From Macrostomum lignano (Eukaryota), in NCBI GenBank assembly GCA_002269645.1, contig NIVC01003325.1, positions 1 through 64,000 on the forward strand: a stretch of 64,000 bases of DNA. Direction: 5' to 3'. Of this stretch, positions 10,623 to 33,704 are shown one piece after another (within the stretch, counting starts at the first letter, position 1; each line of letters starts with the position of its first letter). The notes under the pieces are model-generated. The model did no database searches. It saw only the letters and a program-made list of their open reading frames with translations, and was not told the DNA's origin. The translations under genes were made by a program, and so were the position numbers.

Positions 10623-13600
10623 GTCTGTCTGTCTGTCTATCTGTCTGTCTATCTGTCTGTGTGTCTGTCTGTCTGTCTGTCGAGAGCTCAAACAGTGAAC
10701 TGTGAACACAGTATTGAACGCACCTGACAACGGTGAGTCGGTATCGTCCGTTGTAAGCCAGCTCAGGCCTGTAGGTGAGCTCTGTATTAATGGACGCAGC
10801 AGTCGGGTCCACGTACATGTTGAATGTCTCGGCAGTGAGAACTCTACAGTCTGAAAGCAAGAGCAAGTTTCAAAGTAGTTTATGAGAAATCTTGTTTAAG
10901 AGGACTCTAGTTTATGAGCAATGTAGTTTGTGGGGACTCTAATTTATGAGGATTCTAGTTGTCCCAGATTGAGGAATCAGAAGCGCACGTAAACACTGGA
11001 GCCACTCACTGGCCTTGGCGGCGCCATCAAGCAGTCGCTGCATGAATCTGTTCAGCGGTTCGAAACTCTTCACCGAGATCCGGTCGGGCACAAACAGCTT
11101 CGAGGTCACCAGGCCCGAGTTTGTGGGCAGGCCTGTCTGCAGCCCGGCTGTGAGAGGCGACTTCACGTAGGCCACCTGGGTGGGGAATTAATGAGGGATT
11201 TCGCTTGATTTCAGATCTATCACTTCTGTACACACTTCTTTGAACACACATCCCTGTGTACAATCTTTGTACACACCTCTGAACAAACCTCTGTACACAT
11301 CCATCTGTACACACCTCTGAAAAAAACTCTGTACACATCCATCTGTACACACCCATCTGTACACACCCATCTGTACACATCCATCTGTACACACCCATCT
11401 GTACACACCCATCTGTACACATCCATCTGTACACACCCATCTGTACACACCCATCTGTACACACCCATCTGTACACACCCATCTGTACACACCCATCTGT
11501 ACACACCCATCTGTACACCTATCTGTACACATCCATCTGTACACACCCATCTGTACACACCCATCTGTACACACCCATCTGTACACACCCATCTGTACAC
11601 ATCCATCTGTACACACCCATCTGTACACATCCATCTGTACACACCCATCTGTACACATCCATCTGTACACACCCATCTGTACACATCCATCTGTACACAT
11701 CCATTTGTACACATCCATCTGTACACATCCATCTGTACACGTTTCTGAAGAAATATCTGTACACATCCATCTGTACACACCCATCTGTACACATCCATCT
11801 GTACACACCCATCTGTAAACATCCATCTGTACACATCCATATGTACACACCCATCTGTACACACCCATCTGTACACATCCATCTGTACACACCCATCTGT
11901 ACACATCCATCTGTACACGCCTCTGAACAAATATCTGTACACATCCATCTGTACACGCCTCTGAACAAATATCTGTACACACCCATCTGTACACGCCTCT
12001 GAACAAATATCTGTGCATATCTATCCGTACACACATCTGTACACATCCTTCTGTAAACATCTCTGTACCGGTACACCTCTCTGTACACATTTCCCCTGAG
12101 CACAGCTCTCCTCACCCGGATGCAGGTGTGCTCCCTGAAGGGCACGCCAGCCGGCAGGAACTCATAAGACATGTTGCCGTCAAGTTGCAGCAGTTTGTTC
12201 ATGTTGCTGGGCCCCAGCTGCTGCTGATCGTCCGCCTCGCGTTGACTGCGCAGAGCGATTTGCACCGGGCTCATTAGGAAGTCTGCGGGTGTATCGGTAT
12301 GGGTATGGGACACTTTTGCTAGGTAAGCACACGTGGGAGACGTGGGAGACAGGAAAAGCAGGCCAGATAAAGGATAGGAATGATAGAGATTATAGGAGAT
12401 GGGAAACTACTCGTAGGATAGGGGGAAGGAGAGACGAGGAGAGATAAGAGGGGAGACGGGAGAGAGGAGATGGGAGATGGGAAGTGAAAGAGGGGAGACG
12501 GGATAGGGGAGATGGGAGACGGGAGAGGGGAGATGGGAGACGGGAGAGGGGAGATGGGAGACGGGAGAGGGGAGATGGGAGACGGGAGAGGGGAGATGGG
12601 AGACGGGAGAGGGGAGATGGGAGGGGAGACGGGAGAGGGGAGATGGGAGATCGGAGAGGGGAGATCGGAGATCGGAGAGGGGAGATAGGAGATGGGAATT
12701 GGAAGAAGGGAGACGGGATAGGGGAGATGGGAGACGGGAGAGGGGAGATGGGAGGGGAGACGGGATAGGGGGGTTGGGAGATCGGAGAGGGGAGATGGGC
12801 AAGGCAAGAGAGTAGAGACAGAACAAGTACATAGAGCACCAACCGCAGGTGGTGATGTTGAAGCTCTGCACGTCGGTGACCCGAGCTCCGGTGAGAGTGG
12901 AGGCAAACGACAGCGCATTGGTCAGAACAGTCTGGTAATCTTCGTATCGATTTGGCGCGGGAATGATCATGCTGTGCCTGTGCAAGTTGCTGTGCATTTG
13001 GCGGGGCTTGTAGTCCGGGTGCACGTCTGGCACGAATACCTGGATAGAGTTAGCGGGAGACTTGGTATTATTGGATTCCTATCAAGCATATCTCTCTTGT
13101 CAATATTTTAAGGCTCTTTCTTATAGGGTTTTAGGGCGATTTCTTTTAGGGTTTTAGGGCGATTTCTTATAAGGTTTTAGGGCGATTTCTCATAGGGTTT
13201 TAGGGCGATTTCTCATAGGGTTTTAGGGCGATTTCTTATAGGGTTTTAGGGCGAATTCTCATAGGGTTTTAGGGCGATTTCTCATAGGGTTTTAGGGCGA
13301 TTTCTCATAGGGTTTTAGGGCGATTTCTCATAGGGTTTTAGGGCGATTTCTCATAGGGTTTTAGGGCGATTTCTCATAGGGTTTTAGGGCGATTTCTCAT
13401 AGGGTTTTAGGGCGATTTCTCATAGGGTTTTAGGGCGATTTCTTATAGGGTTTTAGGGCGATTTCTCATAGGGTTTTGGGGCGATTTCTCATAGGGTTTT
13501 AGGGCGATTTCTCATAGGGTTTTAGGGCGATTTCTCATAGGGTTTTAGGGCGATTTCTTATAGGGTTTTAGGGCGATTTCTCATAGGGTTTTAGGGCGAT

Positions 13601-16153
13601 TTTTCATGAGTTTTTTAAGCGATTTCTCATGAGGTGTTTAAGCGATTTCTCATGAGGTGTTTAAGCGATTTCTCATGAGGTGTTTAAGCGATTTCTCATA
13701 GGGTTTTAGGGCGATTTCTCATAGGGTTATAGGGCGAGTTCTCATAGGGTTATAGGACGAGTTCTCATAGGGTTATAGGGCGAGTTCTCATAGGGTTTTA
13801 GGGCGAGTTCTCATATGGTTATAGGGCGAGTTCTCATAGGGTTTTAGGGCGAGTTCTCATAGGGTTTCAGGACGATCCATAGAATTCCATAGTCGCAAGG
13901 CCAACTGCGCCAACCTTGATCCCGATCTCCTGCCGCGGCAGCGGGTCTCCCACAATGTAGAACAGCCGGTAATAAAACAGCCGCATCCTGCTGACCTCTG
14001 CCAGGTGCCACTGAACCGTGGCGTCCAAGTCGAACTTTCGCTGATCAACTGCACACCGAAGCAGCATGGTCTGGACACCGCAGATCCTGCCAGGCGGAGG
14101 ACTGGCCGACAGCCATTCGTTGATCCTGGGCAGAAACTCGGACAGCGGCTCAACAAAGGGCACGGAGAACTCTTTAGTAAAGGTTGGCACACAGGCGGAC
14201 ATGCCGTAGTTGTCCATGCCGCCAGCGGACTCGTCAAAGCCGAACCCGGGCCGCACTTGAGCGGCAATGGTTCGCTGCTCAATTCTCGGCATAGCGTTGA
14301 TGTACCAGATCTGGGTTGGCTCGATCTCCTTCAGGCTGGCCCGCGGCTCCTGCCGGCACCACAGGCGGAGCCCGACGACGAAGGCGCGGATGAGGCGGCC
14401 AGGCTCGTGCTGCAGGGCCGCCTCGGGCTGCAGCTCGCCCTGCATGTTGGCCATCCGCTCGATGCACTCGCACCGGACCAGGGCGGAGATGCCGCGGTTG
14501 CTCGCCAGCCAGTTGTTGGCGGCCGACACCACCGTGCTTGAGGGATAGAATGGATGCACTTTTGAGAACGAAAAGTACATGTGCACTTTTAGCGATGGAA
14601 AATTTAATAGATGCGCATGAGACTCTGAAAAAAGAGTTGATTTGATAGATACTCGTAGCTATGAGATTCTGAAAGAGATTTGATTGATGGTAATGAGATT
14701 CTGAGAGAGATGGGGAATGAGGCTCCCAGAGAGATTTGACAGTCAGGCATGAGACTCTGAGAGAGATTTGACAGACGGGCATGAGACTCTGAGAGAGATT
14801 TGACAGTCAGGCATGAGACTCTGAGAGAGATTTGACAGACGGGCATGAGACTCTGAGAGAGATTTGACAGTCAGGCATGAGACTCTGAGAGAGATTTGAC
14901 AGTCAGGCATGAGACTCTGAGAGAGATTTGACAGTCAGGCATGAGACTCTGAGAGAGATTTGACAGTCAGGCATGAGACTCTGAGAGAGATTTGGCAGTC
15001 AGGCATGAGACTCAGAGAGATTTGACAGACGGGCATGAGACTTTGAGAGAGATTTGACACATGGTTATGAGATTCTGAGAGAGATTTTATATATGGCTAT
15101 GAGACTCTGAGAGAGATTTGATACATGGCTATGAGATTCTGAGAGAGATTTTATATATGGCTATGAGACTGAGAGAGATTTGACAAATGGACAGGAGACC
15201 GCAGTACCACCAATACAGAGCTAGACTTGCTCACTTAAACGGCATAAACTGCGGACACCGCTGCGCCTGCAGGTTACCCGGGGCAACGCAGGCTGGGAAG
15301 AAATCCACCGCAGTCAGCAGCTGCTCGAAACGCTGCATTGGCCGGTCGATCGACGAATTCGAGCCTTTGACAGACGAGCCCTGCGGCAGGGTCGCCGACT
15401 GCGGCGGCGGTGGATATCTCGGCTGGCATGGAATCGGCGGTGGGCAGGCCGAGGCGTCATCGTTGGCGTAGGCGGGCAGCTGGTACAGGTCGGCGTCTGG
15501 AATGCGTTGCCGTGGGGCTTTGCATCCGCCTACTCACCCCTTCCGCCCACGCATCCGCCTACTCACCCTTCCACCCACTCATCCGCCTACTCACCCCTTC
15601 CGCCCACGCATCCGCCTACTCACCCTTCCACCCACTCATCCACCTACTCACCCCTTCCGCCCACGCATCTGCCTACTCACCCTTCCACCCACGCATCTGC
15701 CTACTCACCCTTCCGCCCACGCATCCGCCTACTCACCCCTTCCGCCCACGCATCCGCCTACTCACCCTTTCCGCCCACGCATCCACCTACTCACCCTTTC
15801 CGCCCACGCATCCACCTACTCACCCTTTCCGCCCATGCACCCGCCTACTCACCCTTTCCGCACACGCACCTGCCTACTCACCCTTTCCGCCCACGCATCC
15901 GCCTACTCACCCTTTCCGCCCATGCACCCGCCTACTCACCCTTTCCGCACACGCACCTGCCTACTCACCCCTTCCGCCCACGCATCCGCCTACTCACCCC
16001 TTCCGCCCAAGCATATCCGTAGCCACCGCCTACGCATATCAATAAACTCCAACTCAACGCAATCACTGTCTCACCTCTTATAGCCTCATAGTAGCCAAGC
16101 GGCAGGTTGAATCCCGGCTCCTTGGTGGCATCATTAGGCTCAGTTGACGCCAT
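10089..16153 (-). CDS. Uncharacterised 587-aa protein with four internal ~110-130-aa repeats and a C-terminal CaaX (SCCSCQLL*)
   Basis: Exons 16153-16075, 15496-15235, 14536-13915, 13039-12844, 12282-12116, 11175-10989, 10850-10724, 10212-10089. All are GT-AG and phase-compatible, and the total of 1764 nt is open. Repeated pattern F.P...F/YE.F/L...N/EWL...V..ET/QT...R.FY/RV.Y. Confidence 0.8.
10238..10681. repeat. (GTCT)n compound microsatellite
   Basis: Direct inspection. Confidence 0.95.
11225..12090. repeat. 14-bp minisatellite CCATCTGTACACAC
   Basis: Direct inspection. Confidence 0.95.
12425..12800. repeat. Polypurine 7-mer repeat (GGGAGAC/GGGAGAG/GGGAGAT)
   Basis: Direct inspection. 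Confidence 0.9.
13120..13870. repeat. 23-bp minisatellite TAGGGTTTTAGGGCGATTTCTCA
   Basis: Direct inspection. Confidence 0.95.
14690..15185. repeat. 32-bp minisatellite CATGAGACTCTGAGAGAGATTTGACAGTCAGG
   Basis: Direct inspection. Confidence 0.95.
15520..16015. repeat. 29-30-bp minisatellite GCATCCGCCTACTCACCCTTTCCGCCCAC
   Basis: Direct inspection. Confidence 0.95.
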
Positions 16154-16699
16154 GCTGGCAGAAATTTGTTTTGGAATAACAAGAAATTTGAGCAGAAATT
16201 TATAGACAGAATGAAGAATATCTAACCTATATTAATGTATACTACATCGCTATATACTAGGAGCATTCGAAAATAATGAAAGTTGCAGTTAATTATCAGA
16301 TTGACAGTACAGAATTTGTTTATAATTGCTAATAAAGCAGCATAATATAATAAATTGCACCATAAATTAAAACATACATTAAACAGCTTATAAAAGTACA
16401 AAGCAAATGAACTAAATAAAAATATAAATAGCATCGGTCATATTTCGAGAAGTAATGCAAAGATTAGCGGCCATTAAAAAGAGAGAAGCGTCAGACTACC
16501 AATGTAAACTAACAAAAATGCTTATCATTATATTAAATCATGAAATTTTAGAAAATGTCATCAACTGTTTAATGCGAACGCAATAAAATGCGATATCGCC
16601 TTAATAGAAATGTTCCTAGCATCTTTAATAAGTAAAATATTAACTGGAAACATCTCACAGTGCTTGCAGATTTTCGATTTACATAAAACTGAATTTGAA

Positions 16700-17012
16700 A
16701 CTGGGAAATGTGGCGCCACACTGAAGCATGGCAGCTGGGAAAAGTGGCGCCACACTGAGGCAAGGCAGCTGGGGAATTTGGCGCCACACTGAGGCATAGC
16801 AGCTAGGGAATGTGGCGCCACACTGAGGCATGACAGCTGGGGAATGTGGCGCCACACTGAGGCATGACAGCTAGGGAATGTGGCGCCACTGAAGCATGGC
16901 AGCTGGGAAATGTGGCGCCACACTGAGGCATAGCAGCTGGGGAATGTGGCGCCACACTGAGGCATAGCAGCTAGGGAATGTGGCACCACACTGAGGCATA
17001 GCAACTAGGGAC
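16700..17012. repeat. ~34-bp minisatellite containing the palindrome TGTGGCGCCACA
   Basis: Direct inspection. Confidence 0.9.
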
Positions 17013-17074
17013 AGTGGCAGATCATGCTTTAATCAAGAAGCAACCCCAGCAAGCCAGCTGGCTGAGTTCACTGG

Positions 17075-27192
<10,118 letters not shown>

Positions 27193-27399
27193 CTGCAAGA
27201 AGGGGATCAGCGGTCGGGGGATTCAAAGGATTAAAGCTGGGATTAAACGACTCAGTTGGATGATTAGTAATGAAAAGTAATGAAATCTGAATGCTTAACT
27301 AAATCCGAATGTAAGGGCACCGATGTATTGTAGGAAATGGGATTTTTATCAGTGATGAGGATTCACCATGAAATGGGATTGTAATTGGGGATTACAGTA

Positions 27400-27870
27400 A
27401 GGATGGGATCACATCTATGTATGGGGATTAAATATGAAATGGGATCAGAGATGGGCATTAAATATGAAATGGGATCAGATATGGGCAATGAAATGGGATT
27501 AGAGATGGGGATTAAATTTGAAATGGGATCAGATTTGGGGAATAAATATGTAATGGGATCAGATTTGGGGAATAAATATGAAATGGGATCAGATTTGGGG
27601 AATAAATATGAAATGGGATCAGATTTGGGGAATAAATATGAAATGGGATCAGATTTGGGGAATAAATATGAAATGGGATCAGATTTGGGGAATAAATATG
27701 AAATGGGATCAGATTTAGGGAATAAATATGTAATGGGATCAGATTTGGGGAATAAATATGTAATGGGATCAGATTTGGGGAATAAATATGAAATGGGATC
27801 AGATTTGGGGAATAAATATTTAATGGGATCAGATTTAAGGAATAAATATGTAATGGGATCAGATTTGGTG
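27400..27870. repeat. 30-bp minisatellite AATAAATATGAAATGGGATCAGATTTGGGG
   Basis: Direct inspection. Confidence 0.95.
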
Positions 27871-28550
27871 ACAATTTTGAACGGGAATTTTAGTGGAAAT
27901 TAATTAGTTTACTAGGAATTCGAAGGCTAATGAATGAATAAGCCCAAAGCCAATTCACAAAGTCCTGACAGCAATTATAGCTTTTTCAATCAGCATTTAA
28001 AAATGAATAATAAAGTGATTGACAAACTAACCAATATATAAATGAAACTCTGTAATACTATGTGAGATCTTTGAAGTACATTATAAAGTAAAAAAGTGGC
28101 GACTAACTCTGTGTTACAAAACTAGCAGCGCAATTATATTATTATTAATGATATTTTCAGAAGGTCAGGAGACCCAGGCACATTTCACAACTGTTTCATG
28201 GCAACTCTGCAGTGTTATTGACAGACTGGAATTAAATAGAAAATCACAGAAAATTGACAAGATTTGAGATAGCTCTTTGTTTTAAATAGTATCCATCAGG
28301 GAAAGGCCTGTTCATTACACACTACTGCAATAAGTAGCTAATCAAGTGCTTAAAATCGCCCAAGTATAAATTGTTAAGGCCAAAAAAATATTAAATTGAA
28401 AAAAAGCATAAAAAATATGAGAAATTTTAAAGCTCCAAGTGGCACATAAAATCGCAGTAACAGAAAGTGAGCAGGGCTGAGTCAAAGCAGTGCAACTAAA
28501 GGGTATTTAAAGTACAATTTGTACAAGTCGACTCTGGGATGACCCTGGGA

Positions 28551-28850
28551 GGGTTACAGCCTAGTGGTTAGAGCGGCGGACTCACTCACGACTTGAAAGG
28601 TCGGGGGTTCGATTCCTGACCCACTCGGAACATTTTGTGCCATTGAGCAAGACACTTTAAATTTCTGCACTGCTTCAGTTTGTTTAACCCAGCTGTAGAA
28701 TGGATGCCAGGATTAGCTGGGGTATCTGAGGCTGTATGTGGTGACCCCCCCCCCCAGTCCTTGGACTGAAAAGCCGTACGCAGCCTTCACGTCGGTTTTA
28801 CATCTGGCCCATTAGGGCAGGTGTAGTAAATATTTATTATTATTATTAGG
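28551..28850 (+). mobile_element. tRNA-derived SINE family B with V-SINE-like core and (TTA)n tail
   Basis: A-box TAGTGGTTAGAGCG, B-box GGTTCGATTCC, core TTGAGCAAGACACTT...TGCTTCAGT, tail TTATTATTATTATTA. Confidence 0.75.
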
Positions 28851-29424
28851 GGCCGTATAGTCGCACCTGAGGCGTACCAGAGTCGCTGTAGAATCATCTG
28901 AGTCGAAAGATTCTCAGAAAAAGTCACCAGAGTTGCCAGAGTCACTAGCGACTTGTTTTCAGTGACTCTCTATGATTTAGGGATAGGAATCCCAGGATTT
29001 TAGGGATCCATTACTCTTTAGTTATTCTTGCCCCGATAACGTTTTCAACGGCTAACCAGTAGCAGCTAATACAAGTGAATAAATTTAATTACACAAAATA
29101 TGCTAGCAAAGGCGCGAAACAGAATTCATACAGACAGGTGCACCGTGTACTTACTAATAATTTAATAATATTTAAATCCGATGGCAGATTTACAACTGTG
29201 GAACAGGGAACTGTACTTCGGAGGTACCAGACAGATTGGGTCGCAAAAACTGCAGAAGCAGTCAAAAAAGAAGCAGGACAATGTTTCAGGCTAATCAACA
29301 CAGCACCAGTAAAAATGAAGCATTCAAATACAGCATGCTGTCTAAATCAGATTACATCAGGCTTCTTTATTTTCAAGTAGGATAGATCATAATGTCTAAA
29401 TTCTTAAATTGCGATAATTCAAAT

Positions 29425-30600
29425 CAGGATATGGGATCATAGTTGGGATCAATTGGGATCAGATTATGGGAATCACAGTTGGGATCAATTAGGATCAGAT
29501 TATAGAAATTAGAGTTGGGATAAATTGGGATCAGATTACAGGAATCACAGTTGGGATAAATTGGGATCAGATTAAGGGAATCACAGTTGGGATCAATTGG
29601 GATCAGATTAAGGGAATTACAGTTGGGATAAACTAGGATCAGATTACAGGAATCACAGTTGGGATAAATTAGGATCAGATTATAGAAATTAGAGTTGGGA
29701 TAAATTGGGATCAGATTACAGGAATCACAGTTGGGATAAATTGGGATCAGATTAAGGGAATCACAGTTGGGATCAATTGGGATCAGATTAAGGGAATTAC
29801 AGTTGGGATAAACTAGGATCAGATTACAGGAATCACAGTTGGGATAAATTGGGATCAGATTATAGAAATTAGAGTTGGGATAAATTGGGATCCGATTACA
29901 GGAATCACAGTTGGGATAAATTGGGATCAGATTAAGGGAATCACAGTTGGGATCAATTGGGATCAGATTAAGGGAATTACAGTTGGGATAAACTAGGATC
30001 AGATTACAGGAATCACAGTTGGGATAAATTGGGATCAGATTATAGAAATTAGAGTTGGGATAAATTGGGATCAGATTACAGGAATCACAGTTGGGATAAA
30101 TTGGGATCAGATTAAGGGAATCACAGTTGGGATCAATTGGGATCAGATTATAGAAATTAGAGTTGGGATAAATTGGGATCAGATTACAGGAATCACAGTT
30201 GGGATAAATTGGGATCAGATTAAGGGAATCACAGTTGGGATCAATTGGGATCAGATTAAGGGAATTACAGTTGGGATAAATTGGGATCAGATTAAGGGAA
30301 TCACAGTTGGGATCAATTGGGATCAGATTAAGGGAATTACAGTTGGGATAAATTGGGATCAGATTAAGGGAATCACAGTTGGGATCAATTGGGATCAGAT
30401 TAAGGGAATTACAGTTGGGATAAATTAGGATCAGATTATGGGATCACAGTTGGAATCAATTAGGATCAGATTATGGGATCACAGTTGGGATCAATTGGGA
30501 TCAGATTACAGGAATCACAATTGGGATCAGATTATGGGAATCACATTTGGGGATGGAATCAGATTACAGGAATCACAGTTAGGATCAATTGGGATCAGAT
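29425..30600. repeat. ~36-bp minisatellite GGGATCAGATTACAGGAATCACAGTTGGGATAAATT with higher-order periodicity
   Basis: Direct inspection. Confidence 0.95.
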
Positions 30601-30657
30601 TCAGGGAAATTTGAACTCTGGGATTGCAACCAATTTGAATCAGACTAGAGGTCTTAC

Positions 30658-30699
30658 AGTGAACTCAGAGGCGGGCACAGGAGCGCTAAGGTAAGGCAT
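30658..30699 (-). CDS. Candidate first coding exon of the ARHGEF39-like gene (MPYLSAPVPASEFT)
   Basis: ATG at 30699, 14 codons, GTAAGA donor in phase 0 matching the phase-0 acceptor at 27192. I found no other suitable ATG exon between 27200 and 30650. Confidence 0.5.
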
Positions 30700-30709
30700 C
30701 GCGATTAAA

Positions 30710-33704
30710 TCACTTTTGAAAGCCCAGCATAGCCAGGTGCATATTCCGCCTGTGACTCTGTATTTCGGTGAATTTATCCGAACTGGTAGCGCTGGGCAGC
30801 AGGCCCTGCTGTACGTAGCGCAGGTAATGCAGCAGATTGCAGGTGGCAATGATTCTATTCCTGGCGCAGTGGGATATATAGTGCCAAGGGGCGTCGGAGC
30901 TCTCAGAGAGTCGAACCCGATAGTGACAGAGCTTTGACTTCATCAGCGAGCAGCGCTGCTTGCCCTGGGGCGCCGAGCGGTTGGAGGTGAGCGCCTCAAT
31001 GTGCAGCTGGTTGGTGAGGGCCGCCTCGATCACCTGGGCGCCGAGGTCGCGATTGGCGAACTCGAGACAGCACCGAATGTCTCTGCGGGGCGGAGCGAGG
31101 AATGATTATCGAGTGGGGTAATTTAGGGATTGGGTTAGGGGTGTTAGGGATTGGAATAGCAGGATTCAGGGATTGAAATCCCAGGATTTAGGGATTGGAA
31201 TCTCGGGATTTAGGGGTTGGAATCCCAGGATTTAGGGAATGGAATCTCGGGATTTAAGCATTGGAATCCCAGGATTTAGGGAATGGAATCTCGGGATTTA
31301 AGCATTGGAATCCCAGGATTTAGGGATTGGAATCCCAGGATTCAGGGATTGGAATCCCAGGATTCAGGGATTGGAATCCCAGGATTCAGGGATTGGAATA
31401 CCAGGATTCAGGGATTGAAATCCCAGGATTCAGGGATTGGAATCTCGGGATTCGGGGATTGGAATACCAGGATTCAGGGATTAAAATCCCAGGATTTAGG
31501 GATTGGAATCTCGGGATTCAGGGATTGGAATACCAGGATTCAGGGATTGAAATCCCAGGATTTAGGGATTGGAATACCAGGATTCAGGGATTGAAATCCC
31601 AGGATTTAGGGATTGGAATCTCGGGATTTAGGGATTGGAATCTCGGGATTTAGGGATTGAAATCCCAGGATTCAGGGATTGGAATCCCAGGATTCAGGGA
31701 TTGAAATCCCAGGATTTAGGGATCTTGGAATCCCAGGATTCGGGGATTGGAATCCCACGGCTCTCACCTGTTAACAATGCGGTCCATAAAAGCGGACTTG
31801 CTCGCATCCAAGCCGGGAGAATTCAACCAGTCCAGAAACTCGCCGTAGACCAGCGGGTCCAGCTCAAAGCTCTGAATGTCACTGTCCGTCAGCTGCTCCG
31901 CCTGTCGCACATCAGAGTAGGACCCTGTGCGCCGGTGCCCGCACTCAGACAGCGAAGGCGAGGCTTGCTCGATCAGCGCTTTGAGGGCGGCAACCTCGCT
32001 AGTCAGCACTTCGTTCTGGCGCTCCAGCTCGATGCAGCGCTTCTCAACACGGTCCTTGGCTTGTAGCGCTTCGCTTACCTGATAATTGGCGGGGATGGGT
32101 AAGGGACTGGAGCTTGAGAATATGGGATTTGGGAGCTTCAGTGATGCTTCAGTGATCTGAGAGACTTGATGCTTCAGTGATCTGAGAGACTTGATGCTTC
32201 AGTGAACTGAGAGACTCAGCTTCAGTGATCTGAGAGACTTGATGCTTCAGTGATCTAAGAGACTTGATGCTTCAGTGATCTGAGAGACTTGATGCTTCAG
32301 AGATCTGAGAGACTTGATGCTTCAGTGATCTAAGAGACTTGATGCTTCAGTGATCTGAGAGACTTGATGCTTCAGTGATCTGAGAGACTTGATGCTTCAG
32401 TGAACTGAGAGACTCAGCTTCAGTGATCTGAGAGACTTGATGCTTCAGTGATCTAAGAGACTTGATGCTTCAGTGATCTGAGAGACTTGATGCTTCAGTG
32501 ATCTGAGAGACTTGATGCTTCAGTGATCTAAGAGACTTGATGCTTCAGTGATCTGAGACTTGATGCTTCAGTGATCTGAGAGACTTGATGCTTCAGTGAA
32601 CTGAGAGACTCAGCTTCAGTGATCTGAGAGACTTGATGCTTCAGTGATCTAAGAGACTTGATGCTTCAGTAATCTGAGAGACTTGATGCTTCAGTGATCT
32701 GAGAGACTTGATGCTTCAGTGATCTAAGAGACTTGATGCTTCAGTGATCTAAGAGACTTGATGCTTCAGTGATCTGAGAGACTTGATGCTTCAGTGATCT
32801 GAGAGACTTGATGCTTCAGTGATCTGAGAGACTTGATGCTTCAGTGATCTGAGAGACTTGATGCTTCAGTGATCTGAGAGACTTGATGCTTCAGTGATCT
32901 GAAAGATTTGATGCTTCAGTGATCTGAGAGATTTGATGCTTCGGTGATCTGAGAGACTTGATGCTTCAGTGATCTGAGAGACTTGATGCTTCAGTGATCT
33001 GAGAGACTTGATGCTTCAGTGAACTGAGAGATTTGATGCTTCAGTGATCTGAGAGACTTGATGCTTCAGTGATCTGAGAGATTTGATGCTTCAGTGATCT
33101 GAGAGACTTGATGCTTCAGTGATCTGAAAGATTTGATGCTTCAGTGATCTGAGAGACTTGATGCTTCAGTGATCTGAGAGACTTAATGCTTCAGTGATCT
33201 GAGAGACTTGATGCTTCAGTGATCTGAGAGATTTGATGCTTCAGGGATCTGAGAGATTTGATGCTTCAGGGATCTGAGAGATTTGATGCTTCAGTGATCT
33301 AAGACACTTGAGCTTCGCTACATTCTCACCTGTCTATTAGCCTCCTGAAACAGGGAGTCGTGCAGTTCCAAGCACTCGCTATTCAAATCCTCCACGTACT
33401 GCTTCATCTGAGCATTCTCACTAGCCGTGCTCATGTACAGTTTGCGAGCTTCGGCCAGCTCTCTAAGCACTGATAATCCGCTGGAGATGCTGTCCTCGCC
33501 GCTAGGGAGACCGGGAGAGGCGGCGGAGGTTCCAGATGGTGAGCTCAGGTCGGCTGCAGCCTGTTCAGAGGCCTCAGATTTGGACACTACAAGCATAGAG
33601 CGAGTTCGAGGCTTAACAGCTGGTAGAGAACTTTTCATTGGGGCAGCTGGGTTGCTGCCACCGCTGCAGCTGCTGTTGTTGCTGGTGCGGTCTTCGTCTG
33701 ACAT
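30710..33704 (-). CDS. RAB3IP: Rab GEF of the Sec2/Rabin8 family (RAB3IP/RAB3IL1-like)
   Basis: Exons 33704-33330, 32078-31768, 31082-30710 (TGA), phases compatible. Sec2 coiled coil SLFQEANRQVSEA...VLTSEVAALKALI; C-terminal DIRCCLEF, CSLMKSKLCHYRVRL, CARNRIIATCNLLHYLRYVQQGL, RRNMHLAMLGF. The paralogue cannot be resolved by eye. Confidence 0.9.
31125..31756. repeat. 22-bp minisatellite GGGATTGGAATCCCAGGATTCA (hairpin-like unit)
   Basis: Direct inspection; a stray unit is at ~28980. Confidence 0.95.
32135..33305. repeat. 25-bp minisatellite GATGCTTCAGTGATCTGAGAGACTT
   Basis: Direct inspection. Confidence 0.95.

Noticed and set aside
28551-28630. tRNA gene
   Set aside because: A and B boxes are present, but I could not build a convincing cloverleaf and the sequence runs into a SINE core and (TTA)n tail.
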